The translations under genes and the position numbers were made by a program. The notes beneath the pieces are model-generated. The model worked only from the letters and a program-made list of their open reading frames with translations. It ran no database searches and was not told the DNA's origin. From Candidatus Kuenenia stuttgartensis (GTDB lineage: Bacteria; Planctomycetota; Planctomycetia; Pirellulales; UBA1268), in NCBI GenBank assembly GCA_945883745.1, contig CAMCYH010000001.1:16946-80945 (forward strand): a stretch of 64,000 nt of DNA, in the 5' to 3' direction. Within the stretch, counting starts at the first letter, position 1. Every line of letters begins with the position of its first letter. Positions 39,826 to 49,110 of the stretch are shown one piece after another.

Positions 39826-39930
39826 GTGTTCATGCGGTAGTGGATGCCGAAACCGATCGCACACCCTCGCCGCGGCCTCCAGCCTATGGCCAGCCCGGGG
39901 ATATTTCCAAACCCTCCTGAGAACCCGAGC

Positions 39931-40332
39931 ATGAATGCCCTCAATCCGTGGCTGCTTCTTCTCATTGCGATCCTGCTGGAGGTTGCGGGCACGCTGTGCC
40001 TCAAGCTTTCCAACGGCATGGCGCGACTGCTGCCGGTTCTCGGGGTCGTGGTGTTCTACGTCTCAACATTTGTGCTGATGGCGATATCAATGAAACGGCT
40101 GGAAGTGGGCACCGCCTATGCGGTGTGGGCGGGCGTGGGGACAGCGCTGGTCACCCTGTTTGGGATCATCATCTTCGGAGAGAGTGTTGCCTGGTCAAAG
40201 CTTGCCGGCACCCTGCTGATCATCGGCGGTGTCATCCTGCTTCATGCCTCGACCAAAGAGGCCGGCAGCGGACCCAGCGAGGAGGGCCGGAAGCAGCACC
40301 AGATCCCCGAACAACGCCACGGCGAGCAGTGA
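39931..40332 (+). CDS. SMR-family small multidrug/quaternary-cation efflux protein
   Basis: Four TM segments. Membrane-embedded Glu in LLEVAGTLCLKLS and motif VGTAYAVWAGVG. A 26-aa hydrophilic tail overlaps the convergent MMPL gene. Confidence 0.88.
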   Translation: MNALNPWLLLLIAILLEVAGTLCLKLSNGMARLLPVLGVVVFYVSTFVLMAISMKRLEVGTAYAVWAGVGTALVTLFGIIIFGESVAWSKLAGTLLIIGGVILLHASTKEAGSGPSEEGRKQHQIPEQRHGEQ

Positions 40333-42471
40333 GGCCAGGAGAAGGCCAAACTGAGCGATCGGCGCGAAGTCGCACAAGGCGAACACGGCAAACGCCGATC
40401 CCAGAATCAGCGATGTACGAAGAATCGGCGCCGCCGATCGGCGGAGCGCTGCGTCTATTCGGTCCCGCGGCTCCGCCGCGTGGCCTCCGCTGCGCATGAA
40501 CCATGTCAAGAGGTGCGCGGTATCGTCGACCGATATGCCCAATGCCACACTCGCCGTCATCATGCCGCCAACATCGAGTGGCTGGCCAAGCCAGCCCAAC
40601 AGCCCAAACACGCAGATGGGTGGGAGAACATTGGGAATCATGGCGACCACACCGGCCGTTGCGCTGCGGAGAAACACCGCCAAAACTCCGACAATCGTCA
40701 CGCACGCGAGGGCAAAGCTTTCCAACAGGGCGTCGAGCAGTTCATGTTGCGCGGCGATGACAAGCGGCACGCCGCCCGTACAGATCGTCGCCGCCGGTGG
40801 CAGAACGTCGAGTGCAGCGACGGCATCCCCGACACTCTTCTCGACGGCGGCCTCGAAGGCCCGTTGTCGCTCGGCTGTAAAGTTGGCGACCTGCAAGGAG
40901 ATTCTCCACAGCTGGCGGTTGCTGGCATCGGCGACCATGCCGGCATCGATGAGCGTGCTCATGCTGCGGCGCAGTCGGCCGTCGATCACCCCACGACGAA
41001 TCACCGATCGCACCTGGCCACGGTCGGCAAAGCCCAACAGATCATCGGGAAGAAACGTGGCCGCCGACATGCTGCCCCGCACGTCGGAGAGCGATGCCAG
41101 CCGCGCCTCCACTTCTTGAGTGAGCGCCGCCCGGTCACCGACACCTGCCCGTGGGTCGTCGAACGCGAGGACCACGTCGACCGTCTGAAAGGGGGCGACC
41201 TGCTCGTTGAACCAGTCGAGATCGGCAATCCACCGGCTCTCTGGCGGCAGAAAGCGTGCCGGTCGCACTTCGGTGCGAATTCGTGATAGTCCGGCCGCCC
41301 CCAGCACCATCGCCGCGAGGCAGCCGATCGTCGACAGCCGGTGCAGCGAGACAAGCCGCCTCACGGCAGCCGTGAAGCGAGGCAGGTGCGTCGTGACTCG
41401 AGCTACTGCCGCTCGCGGTGGGAAAAGCTGCAAGAGCGCCGGCAGGATGCTGAAGACGATCAGAAAGGCCAGGCTGGTGCTGATCGCCCCATACAGACCA
41501 AACTGCCATACGGGCCGGACCTGGCTGACGCACAGCGATGCCAGCCCGAGCACCGTGGTGAGTGTCGCCACAAAGCCCGGCTTCCAGCCGATCGCGACAG
41601 CCGCTGCGGGAGCGTTGCGCAGCCCGTGGCGAGCCGCTTCCTCGGCCCAGTACGCGGCGAGATGAACGGCGGCCGAGATGGCCAGCACGAAGGTCACCAC
41701 GGGGACCAGTGCGACAAGCATGTTCATCGTGCCGCCGGCAAAATAGACGATTGCTTCGGCCGATATCGAGCAGATCCCGGCGACGACAATCACCATCACG
41801 CCGAGGCGGAGGCTGCCGAGCGAGACGCAGGCAACGATCAAGGCGACACCCATCGCCAGATTCGACCAGATGCCGGCAGTGCGCTCGTTCTCCACATCGA
41901 TCGCCACACCGATCACGGCATCACCGGTGAGTCGCAGCGATGCCGGGGGGATGGCCGCCGAATTGCTGGCGGCCTCCCTCACCCAGGCAAAGGCCTCGCG
42001 GCGCGATGGGTCATCGAGCGGAGAGAGCGTGATGACGCAGCAGGTCGTCCGTCCGTCTGGGCCGACGATCACCCCCTGCAGCCGCTCCACGGCGGCGGTG
42101 GCGTCGCATCGCGCTGCCGCGGCGATGCGATCGCGAAGCCGGGTGCCCGTGGTGACCGACGCAAACCACTGCGGCATGGTGCCGGCGCTCGCTGCGGCGA
42201 TTCTGCCTTCCACCGCCTCGGCCAGCTGCTCAAGGCCTGGATGATCGAGCGTGCAGCCCGGCCAACTGACGAGGATCGTTTCGTCGGGGCCAAAATCACG
42301 CAGGAACTCGCGGTAGGCCTGCGTCACCGGTGATCCTTCAGGAAGCCATCCGAGCACGCCATTGTCACGACGGTCGTAGGCATGCCAGGCCCCCCAGCCG
42401 ACGAATGGGAGCAGGCACAGGCCGGCCAACAGGATCCGGACGGCATACCGCGGAAAGAAATCGATGAGCAT
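40195..42471 (-). CDS. MMPL/RND-superfamily transporter (lipid exporter-like)
   Basis: 758 aa from ATG 42471 (MLIDFFPRYAV). The protein has two six-TM bundles, each preceded by a large extracytoplasmic loop, as in MMPL/HpnN-type RND proteins. Confidence 0.85.
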   Translation of the reverse strand: MLIDFFPRYAVRILLAGLCLLPFVGWGAWHAYDRRDNGVLGWLPEGSPVTQAYREFLRDFGPDETILVSWPGCTLDHPGLEQLAEAVEGRIAAASAGTMPQWFASVTTGTRLRDRIAAAARCDATAAVERLQGVIVGPDGRTTCCVITLSPLDDPSRREAFAWVREAASNSAAIPPASLRLTGDAVIGVAIDVENERTAGIWSNLAMGVALIVACVSLGSLRLGVMVIVVAGICSISAEAIVYFAGGTMNMLVALVPVVTFVLAISAAVHLAAYWAEEAARHGLRNAPAAAVAIGWKPGFVATLTTVLGLASLCVSQVRPVWQFGLYGAISTSLAFLIVFSILPALLQLFPPRAAVARVTTHLPRFTAAVRRLVSLHRLSTIGCLAAMVLGAAGLSRIRTEVRPARFLPPESRWIADLDWFNEQVAPFQTVDVVLAFDDPRAGVGDRAALTQEVEARLASLSDVRGSMSAATFLPDDLLGFADRGQVRSVIRRGVIDGRLRRSMSTLIDAGMVADASNRQLWRISLQVANFTAERQRAFEAAVEKSVGDAVAALDVLPPAATICTGGVPLVIAAQHELLDALLESFALACVTIVGVLAVFLRSATAGVVAMIPNVLPPICVFGLLGWLGQPLDVGGMMTASVALGISVDDTAHLLTWFMRSGGHAAEPRDRIDAALRRSAAPILRTSLILGSAFAVFALCDFAPIAQFGLLLASLLAVALFGDLVLLPALLAGSAAGLFGRGMKQDDTADDQQGAGKL

Positions 42472-42587
42472 GGTGGCGTGCCGGCGTGGTCTGTGGCCGC
42501 GCTTTCCCGATGCGCGTCGCAGAGGGTACCCTCCCCTGCCATGCTGCGCCAACGTGGCCGCCACCACGGAGTGACTTGAAAGGCACC

Positions 42588-43700
42588 ATGCCCGCCAGAC
42601 GTTCGCTTGTCTTTCCGATGTGGACCGGAGTGCGGCTCATTCCGTGGCTGCGACGACTCGCCGCCAACGGGTTTCGTGTGTCGCCATCGCGGCTGCCGCG
42701 TGCCGCCGCCATCACAGCGGCCAGCGCCGTCGGCGAAGTCCTCGCCATCATCCAGTGGGCCACCTGGGGTCGGGGCCTGGCCGAGTCGCGGATCGAGGCC
42801 GATCCAATTGTGATCCTCGGCCACTGGCGAAGCGGGACGACGCTGCTGCATGAGTTGTTCGCCTGCGACGCACGACTCTGCCCCCCCACCACGGCGCAGT
42901 GCGCCTGCCCGACCCACTTCGTGCTTTCCGAACAATTCGCCCAGGATTGGCTCGGCTTCCTGCTGCCGGAGCGAAGGCCGATGGATGCCATGCGGATGGG
43001 CTACGACCGGCCGCAGGAGGATGAGCTTGCTCTCTGCAACCTCGGGCAGCCGAGTCCCTGGTGGATGGTCGCATTTCCAAACGAACCCCTTCCCGATCCG
43101 CAATACACCGATCTCGAATCCGTGACGGCGGCCCAACGACGGCGGTGGGTGAGGGCCTGGACCGATTTCCTGCGTCATGTCCAGTTCGAGCATCGGGGGC
43201 GGCTGGTCCTGAAGAATCCCCTTCACACCTACCGCGTACCTCTCATCCGTGACGTCTTTCCGCAGGCCGAGTTCATCCACATCGTTCGTGATCCCTACGA
43301 CCTTGTGCCATCGTGTCTCCACTTCTGGCGACGGATGTTCGACCAATACGGCCTGCAGCGGGCGACCGGTGAGCAACTTGAATCACAGGTGCTCGACTCG
43401 ATCACAGCCATGGATGAGCGTCTGGCTGCCACGTGGAGCACGATCCCCGAGCGACAACGGCTGCCGGTTCGCTATGAGCAGCTTGTGGACGATCCCATCA
43501 CAACGATGCGGATGATCTACGGCCACTTCGGCTGGCCCGTTGACGACGCGACGAATGCCGGCTGGGAGTCGTACCTGCACGCCCAACGAGACTACCAGCG
43601 AAACTCGCATGCCATCGACGAGCGGCTGCGGAGGCGGATCACGGAGGAGCTCGCGGATGTGCTTGCGCGGTATGGCTATCCGCGGCGGCGGGAGGCCTGA
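42588..43700 (+). CDS. PAPS-dependent sulfotransferase family protein
   Basis: 5'-PSB loop LGHWRSGTTLLHEL and 3'-PB motif IHIVRDPYDLVPS. Divergent from the MMPL gene, with a 116-bp intergenic region. Confidence 0.85.
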   Translation: MPARRSLVFPMWTGVRLIPWLRRLAANGFRVSPSRLPRAAAITAASAVGEVLAIIQWATWGRGLAESRIEADPIVILGHWRSGTTLLHELFACDARLCPPTTAQCACPTHFVLSEQFAQDWLGFLLPERRPMDAMRMGYDRPQEDELALCNLGQPSPWWMVAFPNEPLPDPQYTDLESVTAAQRRRWVRAWTDFLRHVQFEHRGRLVLKNPLHTYRVPLIRDVFPQAEFIHIVRDPYDLVPSCLHFWRRMFDQYGLQRATGEQLESQVLDSITAMDERLAATWSTIPERQRLPVRYEQLVDDPITTMRMIYGHFGWPVDDATNAGWESYLHAQRDYQRNSHAIDERLRRRITEELADVLARYGYPRRREA

Positions 43701-44634
43701 GCAACGTTCGAAATGCCTGCCAGCTCGAATAGGTGCAGACGAAGCCACATTCAGCTTTCAGTCGCTGCGATGTCATGACCCACGGATGCCGCAGGTAGTG
43801 GACGAGGCCCGGTGGGGTGGTAATCCATGGCAGCCGCAGCATCCACCACGTGCGAGCAAGCGCGGCGAGCAGAAAAAATGGAAGCGAGAGAGCAGGAATG
43901 CCCATGGCGTCAGCGAGCTGCCGCTGCGTGAGTGCATCTTCAGGGGAAATGTTGAAGCCGCCGCGGCCGCCGTGGACCAGGATCGCCAGTGTCCCTCGGG
44001 CCACGTCGTCCTCGTGAACGAACTGCAGCGGAGTATTGCGGCCGTCCGGCAGCACCATGCACGGCACCGTCAGGAAAATGTCCGTCAGGAAGTTCTTCAC
44101 ACCAGGACCACAAATGATCGCAGGACGTGTCCAGGCCACGGCGACCTGTGGATGCACCGCGGCGAACGCGGCCACATCCTGCTCCACGATCCCCTTATGG
44201 TGGGAGTAGTAGTAATCGGGCCGCGGTCGCAGTGGCGTGGTCTCGTCACAGAGCGGCGGATTATCGGGCCATGCACCGTAGACAGTGCCGCTGCTGGCCA
44301 CGAGCAGCCGTGTTGCACTGCATGCTGCTGCTGCCGCGAGGACCGCCCGCGTTCCGTCGACATTGACCGATTCCATCGCCCGGAGATCGCGCCCCGGCTG
44401 CACCGCGTAGGCGAGATGGATCACGGTATCCGGTCGAAAGTCATGAATGGCGGCCGCCGCGTCCGGGTGACGGATGTCTCCCTGCCAAAATGAATCTGGC
44501 TGCGGTGACTCGGCCGGCCGTCGATCGAGACCCAGCACCCTTGCGTCGGGGATGCTGCGGCGGATCTCTCGCAGCAGCGCGCGGCCATACACGCCGCTGC
44601 TCCCGGTCATCACGATCCTTTCGAGTGCCGGCAT
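43639..44634 (-). CDS. NAD-dependent epimerase/dehydratase-family (extended SDR) protein
   Basis: Rossmann motif VMTGSSGVYGRAL and catalytic YxxxK in YYYSHHKG. The start lies 2 nt after the stop of the upstream hydrolase gene. Confidence 0.85.
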   Translation of the reverse strand: MPALERIVMTGSSGVYGRALLREIRRSIPDARVLGLDRRPAESPQPDSFWQGDIRHPDAAAAIHDFRPDTVIHLAYAVQPGRDLRAMESVNVDGTRAVLAAAAACSATRLLVASSGTVYGAWPDNPPLCDETTPLRPRPDYYYSHHKGIVEQDVAAFAAVHPQVAVAWTRPAIICGPGVKNFLTDIFLTVPCMVLPDGRNTPLQFVHEDDVARGTLAILVHGGRGGFNISPEDALTQRQLADAMGIPALSLPFFLLAALARTWWMLRLPWITTPPGLVHYLRHPWVMTSQRLKAECGFVCTYSSWQAFRTLLRPPAAADSHTAQAHPRAPP

Positions 44635-44636
44635 GG

Positions 44637-45518
44637 TCAGAGACTCCGACGCCACGCGGCGAAATCCTCACGGTATTGCGGCCACTCGCTGAAAAAGAGG
44701 TGGCCTGCCTGCTCGTAGACGCGAAGTGTCGCATGGGGGATGGCAAGGGCAATCCGTTCAGTCTCGGCGCGTGGCACGGCTGGATCAGCCGCCCCGCCGG
44801 CAATCCAGGCGGGCACGCCGATCTCGGCGAGCCTGTCGGTGATATCGAGGGACCATAAAGCGGCCAGCGCCATGACGAGCGAGTTGGCATCGTGGCGGGC
44901 AAAGTCACGGTGCATCTGGCTGATCATCGCAGCGGGGACCCTGGCCGCGGCTCTGGCATCGGCTGCCAGGCACCCCAGGAGGCTCGAATAGCCGCGAGGC
45001 CAGACTGCCGCCAGACGCATGCCAAGCCTGATGGCCGGCCGGCCGAGTGGCCGACCGGCCATCCACACCAACCACCGCATCATGCCGGCGATCCGTTGTC
45101 CGCTGGCAAACCCCGCAAGGCTGGCTACGGCCGCCACGCGGGCGGGGTGACGGATGGCAAGATTGAGCGCGGCAAATCCCCCCGTCGACCAGCCGGTGGC
45201 GATCACCGGACGACCGCCGAGCAGTTGCCGGAGGGCGGCCTCGGAGAGCCAGGCAAACAGTTCCTCGTCGAGCTCGGCCGCGGTGCACGCCGGTGGAAGC
45301 ACGCCGGGATGATGGCCGGGGAGGCTGAGCCCAATCCACGGCTCGGAGGTGGGGTCGACGAACAGCTCGGCTGCCAGATTGAGTGAGGCCAGAATGCCGT
45401 GGAGAAACACGACGGGCGGCCGGTCGTCATTCGCGGGGAGATGCACGTCGGCGGCCACGGTGTGGCCGTCGACACACAGGAGTTCGCGACGGATGGAAGG
45501 TGACGGTTGCAAAGGCAT
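44637..45518 (-). CDS. Alpha/beta hydrolase
   Basis: 293 aa from ATG 45518 (MPLQPSPS). Oxyanion region VVFLHGILAS, nucleophile elbow GWSTGG, and a late His in EQAGHLFF. The rest of the 563-aa ORF is antisense to the SDR gene. Confidence 0.8.
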   Translation of the reverse strand: MPLQPSPSIRRELLCVDGHTVAADVHLPANDDRPPVVFLHGILASLNLAAELFVDPTSEPWIGLSLPGHHPGVLPPACTAAELDEELFAWLSEAALRQLLGGRPVIATGWSTGGFAALNLAIRHPARVAAVASLAGFASGQRIAGMMRWLVWMAGRPLGRPAIRLGMRLAAVWPRGYSSLLGCLAADARAAARVPAAMISQMHRDFARHDANSLVMALAALWSLDITDRLAEIGVPAWIAGGAADPAVPRAETERIALAIPHATLRVYEQAGHLFFSEWPQYREDFAAWRRSL

Positions 45519-45542
45519 GACCACATCTCGTTCAATGACGGC

Positions 45543-46322
45543 ATGATTTCGAAAACCTTCTGGCATGGCAAATCGGTTCTGGTCACCGGCGGTTCGAGCG
45601 GGATCGGGCGGGAACTGGGCAGGGCCGCCGCCGCCGCCGGGGCCCGAGTCGGGCTGTTGGCTCGCCGTGCAGACGCCCTCGCTGCGGTGGTCGCTGAGGT
45701 TCGTCACGCTGGTGGTCACGCGGAAACGGCCGTCTGCGACGTCACCGACCCGGCGGCCATTGTCGAGGCGGTCAGGCATCTCGAAACGCACCTCGGCCCC
45801 ACGGATGTTGCGATCGCCTGCGCTGGCCTGCACCGCGTCACCTGGCCGCTCGACGCCACGCGGTCGCGGGCCGTCATCGATGCCAACGTCAACGGCACGA
45901 CCAACCTGTTTGCCGCGGTACTGCCTGGGATGCTCGACCGTGGCCGCGGCCACCTCTGCGGTGTCGCGAGCCTCGCCGCGGTGGTGGGGCTCCGGAAGAA
46001 TGCGGCTTACTCCGCGAGTAAGGCGGCGGTGCAGATGCTGTTGGAGAGCCTGCGAATCGATTGTCGGCCTGTCGGCATCACGGTAACGTCGGCATTTCCC
46101 GGATATGTCGACACGCCCATGATCACTGCCCGAGAGCGGGCTGCTGGCATCGGGATACCGGTTCACGAGGCAGCGGAGCGAATTCTGCTCGCCATCGAGC
46201 GGGGCCGGGCAGAGGTCTGGTTTCCCAGGTGGACGGCGTTTCAGGCAAGACTCCTGCGGCTCCTGCCGCCAGCCATGCGGGATGCCATCGTCTGCCGACT
46301 GCCGCCGATGGAAGAGGCATGA
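45543..46322 (+). CDS. Classical short-chain dehydrogenase/reductase (3-keto reductase-like)
   Basis: VTGGSSGIGRE cofactor motif and catalytic YSASKAAV. ATG 45543 lies 24 bp from the divergent hydrolase start. Confidence 0.9.
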   Translation: MISKTFWHGKSVLVTGGSSGIGRELGRAAAAAGARVGLLARRADALAAVVAEVRHAGGHAETAVCDVTDPAAIVEAVRHLETHLGPTDVAIACAGLHRVTWPLDATRSRAVIDANVNGTTNLFAAVLPGMLDRGRGHLCGVASLAAVVGLRKNAAYSASKAAVQMLLESLRIDCRPVGITVTSAFPGYVDTPMITARERAAGIGIPVHEAAERILLAIERGRAEVWFPRWTAFQARLLRLLPPAMRDAIVCRLPPMEEA

Positions 46323-46334
46323 TCCCAAAAATCG

Positions 46335-47699
46335 CTATGCCGAGGCCGCGAGCGGCTCGATTCGGCTTCGCATGGGGATCTGTACCTCGCTGGCAACGTC
46401 ACCTAACGCATTGAGGAGTCCGTCGATCGCAGTCGTCGGGTGGTTTGCGTTGACCTGAATTCGCAGTAAGCCACCGTTGATTGGCACCGCGGGATACGTG
46501 GCGGACTGCACATAGAATCCGCGGTCGAAAAGGCTCTTGCCGGCTGCAAAAGTCTTCTCGATGTCGCCGACCACGACCGACACGATGGCCGCCCCGCCGC
46601 CGTGGTAGGACAGCCCTAGCCTGTCGAGGCCGGCCGTGAGCTGCCGCGTGCGATTTCGTAAGGCGGTCAGGAGCCGATCGTATTCAGGCGTCATGAAAAT
46701 GTCGCAGACGGCACAGATGGCAGCCAGATACGGAGGCGGCACAGGACCGCCGAAAATAAACGTGCTCGAGCGGATCTTGAGGACGGTCTTGAGGTCGGGC
46801 GTGCAGGTGACGAAGCCGCCCAGGCAGGAAAATGCCTTCGAGAGGGATCCCACCATCAAGACGTTGTCGAGCGTGCCGAGCGCGGCGGCGGCGGCCCCCC
46901 TCCCCTGCGGTCCGACGACGCCAGTCCCGTGTGCATCGTCGACGTAGAGCGTGCCACCGAGCCCGCGGACAGCGGCGTCAAGGTCGGCCAGTGGTGGCGT
47001 CTTCCCGGACATGCTGTAGACGCCGTCGATGGCCATGACCATGCCCTTGGCGACGCTGCGGTGCATGACGTCAGCGACGGCGGCAGGCGACGGCGTGACA
47101 ACCTGTTCCAGCCGCGCGCCCCCTGCAGCGGCGAGGCGTGCCCCCTGATGAACACTGTCGTGCGACTCGCGGTCGACGATGAGCAAATCACCGGAACCGG
47201 CGATTGCCGGGAGAACACCCATGTTTGCGAGCGTCACGCTCGGAAAAATGAACGTGTCGGCGACACCAAGCCAGCGGGCTAGCTTCGCCTCGGCCTCGTC
47301 GGTGAGTGTTGGGCTCGAGAAGGCCCGCGAGGCACCGTTGTGCGATCCCCATTCTGGCAACGCGTCAGAAATGGCCTCGTGCACCCGTGGATGACGGTCC
47401 AGCCCGAGGAAGCTGTCGGAGCCGAAATTCCAAAACGCGCGCCCCTCGTACTTGGCCCGCCGGTCGTCCGTCATCTCTTCGAGGCCCAAATCCTTTAGGT
47501 GAAGGCCGTCGTTTGCCGCGAGAAACGAGAGGGCGAGCCGCGTGACCTTATGGCTGGAGAGCCGCTCCGTGAGCCCTTCAAGACCGACAACCGCACCAGC
47601 CGACGGCTCGACACCGCGGCGTCGGCCCGTCACGCGGGCAATGAGGGAGCGAACGGAGAGTTGTCCTCGAGTGGGCATGCGTCGTGGCTTCCTTGTCAC
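46335..47699 (-). CDS. PLP-dependent alpha-oxoamine synthase (serine palmitoyltransferase / CapB / BioF-Kbl family)
   Basis: Motifs TLANMGVLPA, VDDAHGTGV, DGVYSMSG and the PLP-Lys in VGSLSKAFSCLGG. An N-terminal extension of about 80 aa is present. ATG 47678 is an alternative start. Confidence 0.9.
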   Translation of the reverse strand: MTRKPRRMPTRGQLSVRSLIARVTGRRRGVEPSAGAVVGLEGLTERLSSHKVTRLALSFLAANDGLHLKDLGLEEMTDDRRAKYEGRAFWNFGSDSFLGLDRHPRVHEAISDALPEWGSHNGASRAFSSPTLTDEAEAKLARWLGVADTFIFPSVTLANMGVLPAIAGSGDLLIVDRESHDSVHQGARLAAAGGARLEQVVTPSPAAVADVMHRSVAKGMVMAIDGVYSMSGKTPPLADLDAAVRGLGGTLYVDDAHGTGVVGPQGRGAAAAALGTLDNVLMVGSLSKAFSCLGGFVTCTPDLKTVLKIRSSTFIFGGPVPPPYLAAICAVCDIFMTPEYDRLLTALRNRTRQLTAGLDRLGLSYHGGGAAIVSVVVGDIEKTFAAGKSLFDRGFYVQSATYPAVPINGGLLRIQVNANHPTTAIDGLLNALGDVASEVQIPMRSRIEPLAASA

Positions 47700-47905
47700 G
47701 CGTGGAGGATTGCGGCGGTCGTCCGCCCGTTAGCACGGCGGCTCCATGCCGGGCCAACCGCGGAAAAGTAGCAGATGAGTCACGTTTTTGACCACACCAT
47801 GGTCGCCCATCGCGGCCGAGGCCGATCCGGCCGGGGTGCCCTGGGCGGCGGTTGGCGGAATACAATCCGGGCTCAATCCCGCTGCGACCCTCCAGGGAGC
47901 CAATC

Positions 47906-48880
47906 ATGCCGCAGACCGGCGACGGACAAGGCCCGATCTTCCTCACCGCCACCGACTACGACCTGCCAAAGACTCTGCCGGAGGGCGTCGCTAAATACAC
48001 GAATTTCCGCCCGATGGCCACGGGAGGCACGGGGGTTCTTCGCACCTGCTTCGACCAGATCACGGGCCGGACGGTCGTAATGAAGACGCTCCTCCGTCAG
48101 TTTCTCCTTGACGCAAAGGAAAACCGCCGGCTGCTCCGAGAGGCGCGTGTGACGGCCCAACTTCAGCACCCCAACACGGTGCCCGTCTATGAGATTGGCC
48201 GCGACCCCGTTCAGGGGCTGTACTTTACGATGAAGCGGGTCTCGGGGGAAAACCTGTTCGAGATTCTCAAGCGTGTCGCGACCAAGGTACCGGAGACGGT
48301 GGCAGAATTTCCGCTGCGGCGACGCGTCGACATCGTGGTCTCGGCCGGCCTCGCGTTGATGTATGCCCATGCCCGCGGTGTCATTCACCGCGACGTCAAG
48401 CCTGAGAATATTTGGGTTGGCAATTTCGGCGAAGTCATCCTGCTGGACTGGGGCGTGGCAAAAGTGTGGGGACAGCCGGACGACGCTCCGCTCTCTCCTC
48501 TCCTCACCGCGCAGCAGAATCAGCCGCAGGCGCTCACCATGGCCGGTGACCGGCCGGGTACGCCGCTCTACATGTCGCCTGAGCAGATCAATGTCAACCG
48601 GGCCGCTGTCGACGAGCGAACCGATGTCTTCAGCACTGGCGTCGTTCTCTACGAAACGACGGCGTTGCGGGAACCGTTCCGCGGTCGCATGATCCAAGAG
48701 ACGTTCGAAAACATTCTTCACGATACGCCGCCAGTCCCATCGGCTATCCGTCCCGAAGAGAGGATTCCGCCGGCGCTCGATGCCGTCATCATGAAGGCGA
48801 TCGAGAAGAATCCGGCGAGCCGGTATCAGACGATGCGGCAGATGCTGGATGCGCTGCGGGCCGTCGAGTTTCCGGAATGA
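47906..48880 (+). CDS. Serine/threonine protein kinase (kinase domain only)
   Basis: Hanks motifs are VVMKTL (Lys), HRDVKPENIW, DWG in place of DFG (LLDWGVAK), and GTPLYMSPEQ. There is no TM or sensor domain. ATG 47906 is preferred over TTG 47852. Confidence 0.9.
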   Translation: MPQTGDGQGPIFLTATDYDLPKTLPEGVAKYTNFRPMATGGTGVLRTCFDQITGRTVVMKTLLRQFLLDAKENRRLLREARVTAQLQHPNTVPVYEIGRDPVQGLYFTMKRVSGENLFEILKRVATKVPETVAEFPLRRRVDIVVSAGLALMYAHARGVIHRDVKPENIWVGNFGEVILLDWGVAKVWGQPDDAPLSPLLTAQQNQPQALTMAGDRPGTPLYMSPEQINVNRAAVDERTDVFSTGVVLYETTALREPFRGRMIQETFENILHDTPPVPSAIRPEERIPPALDAVIMKAIEKNPASRYQTMRQMLDALRAVEFPE

Positions 48881-49049
48881 CGTTGACGATGGATGCGTCT
48901 AGCCCCAGCAGCCCCGGCCGCGAGCCCTATGCTGGTTGGTGCTTCATCCCGCCGGCTTGCGCCTGGCGGCTATGTGGCTGACTCGTCTGCTCCACCCAGC
49001 CCCGCTCGCGAGCCCGGGGGCCTGTCCGCATTCGAGCCTCCCACTCGAC

Positions 49050-49090
49050 AAAAAAGCCCCCCGCGGCGGCTGCCACGGGGGGCTTTCGCT
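49050..49090. terminator. Bidirectional intrinsic terminator between the kinase gene and glnII
   Basis: AAAAAA-GCCCCCC-loop-GGGGGGC-TTTCGCTT. On the minus strand the hairpin is followed by UUUUUU, 20-60 nt after the glnII stop. On the plus strand a weaker U-rich tail follows. Confidence 0.7.
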
Positions 49091-49110
49091 TCCTTCCCTG
49101 GAGGACTGAA

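Noticed and set aside
45519-46328. N-terminal 270 codons of the 563-aa minus-strand ORF 44637-46328, which would form one large protein.
   Set aside because: This part is exactly antisense to a classical SDR gene with TGxxxGIG and YxxxK motifs, and it is R/G/P-rich. The alpha/beta-hydrolase domain begins at an internal ATG (45518), giving a normal 293-aa protein.
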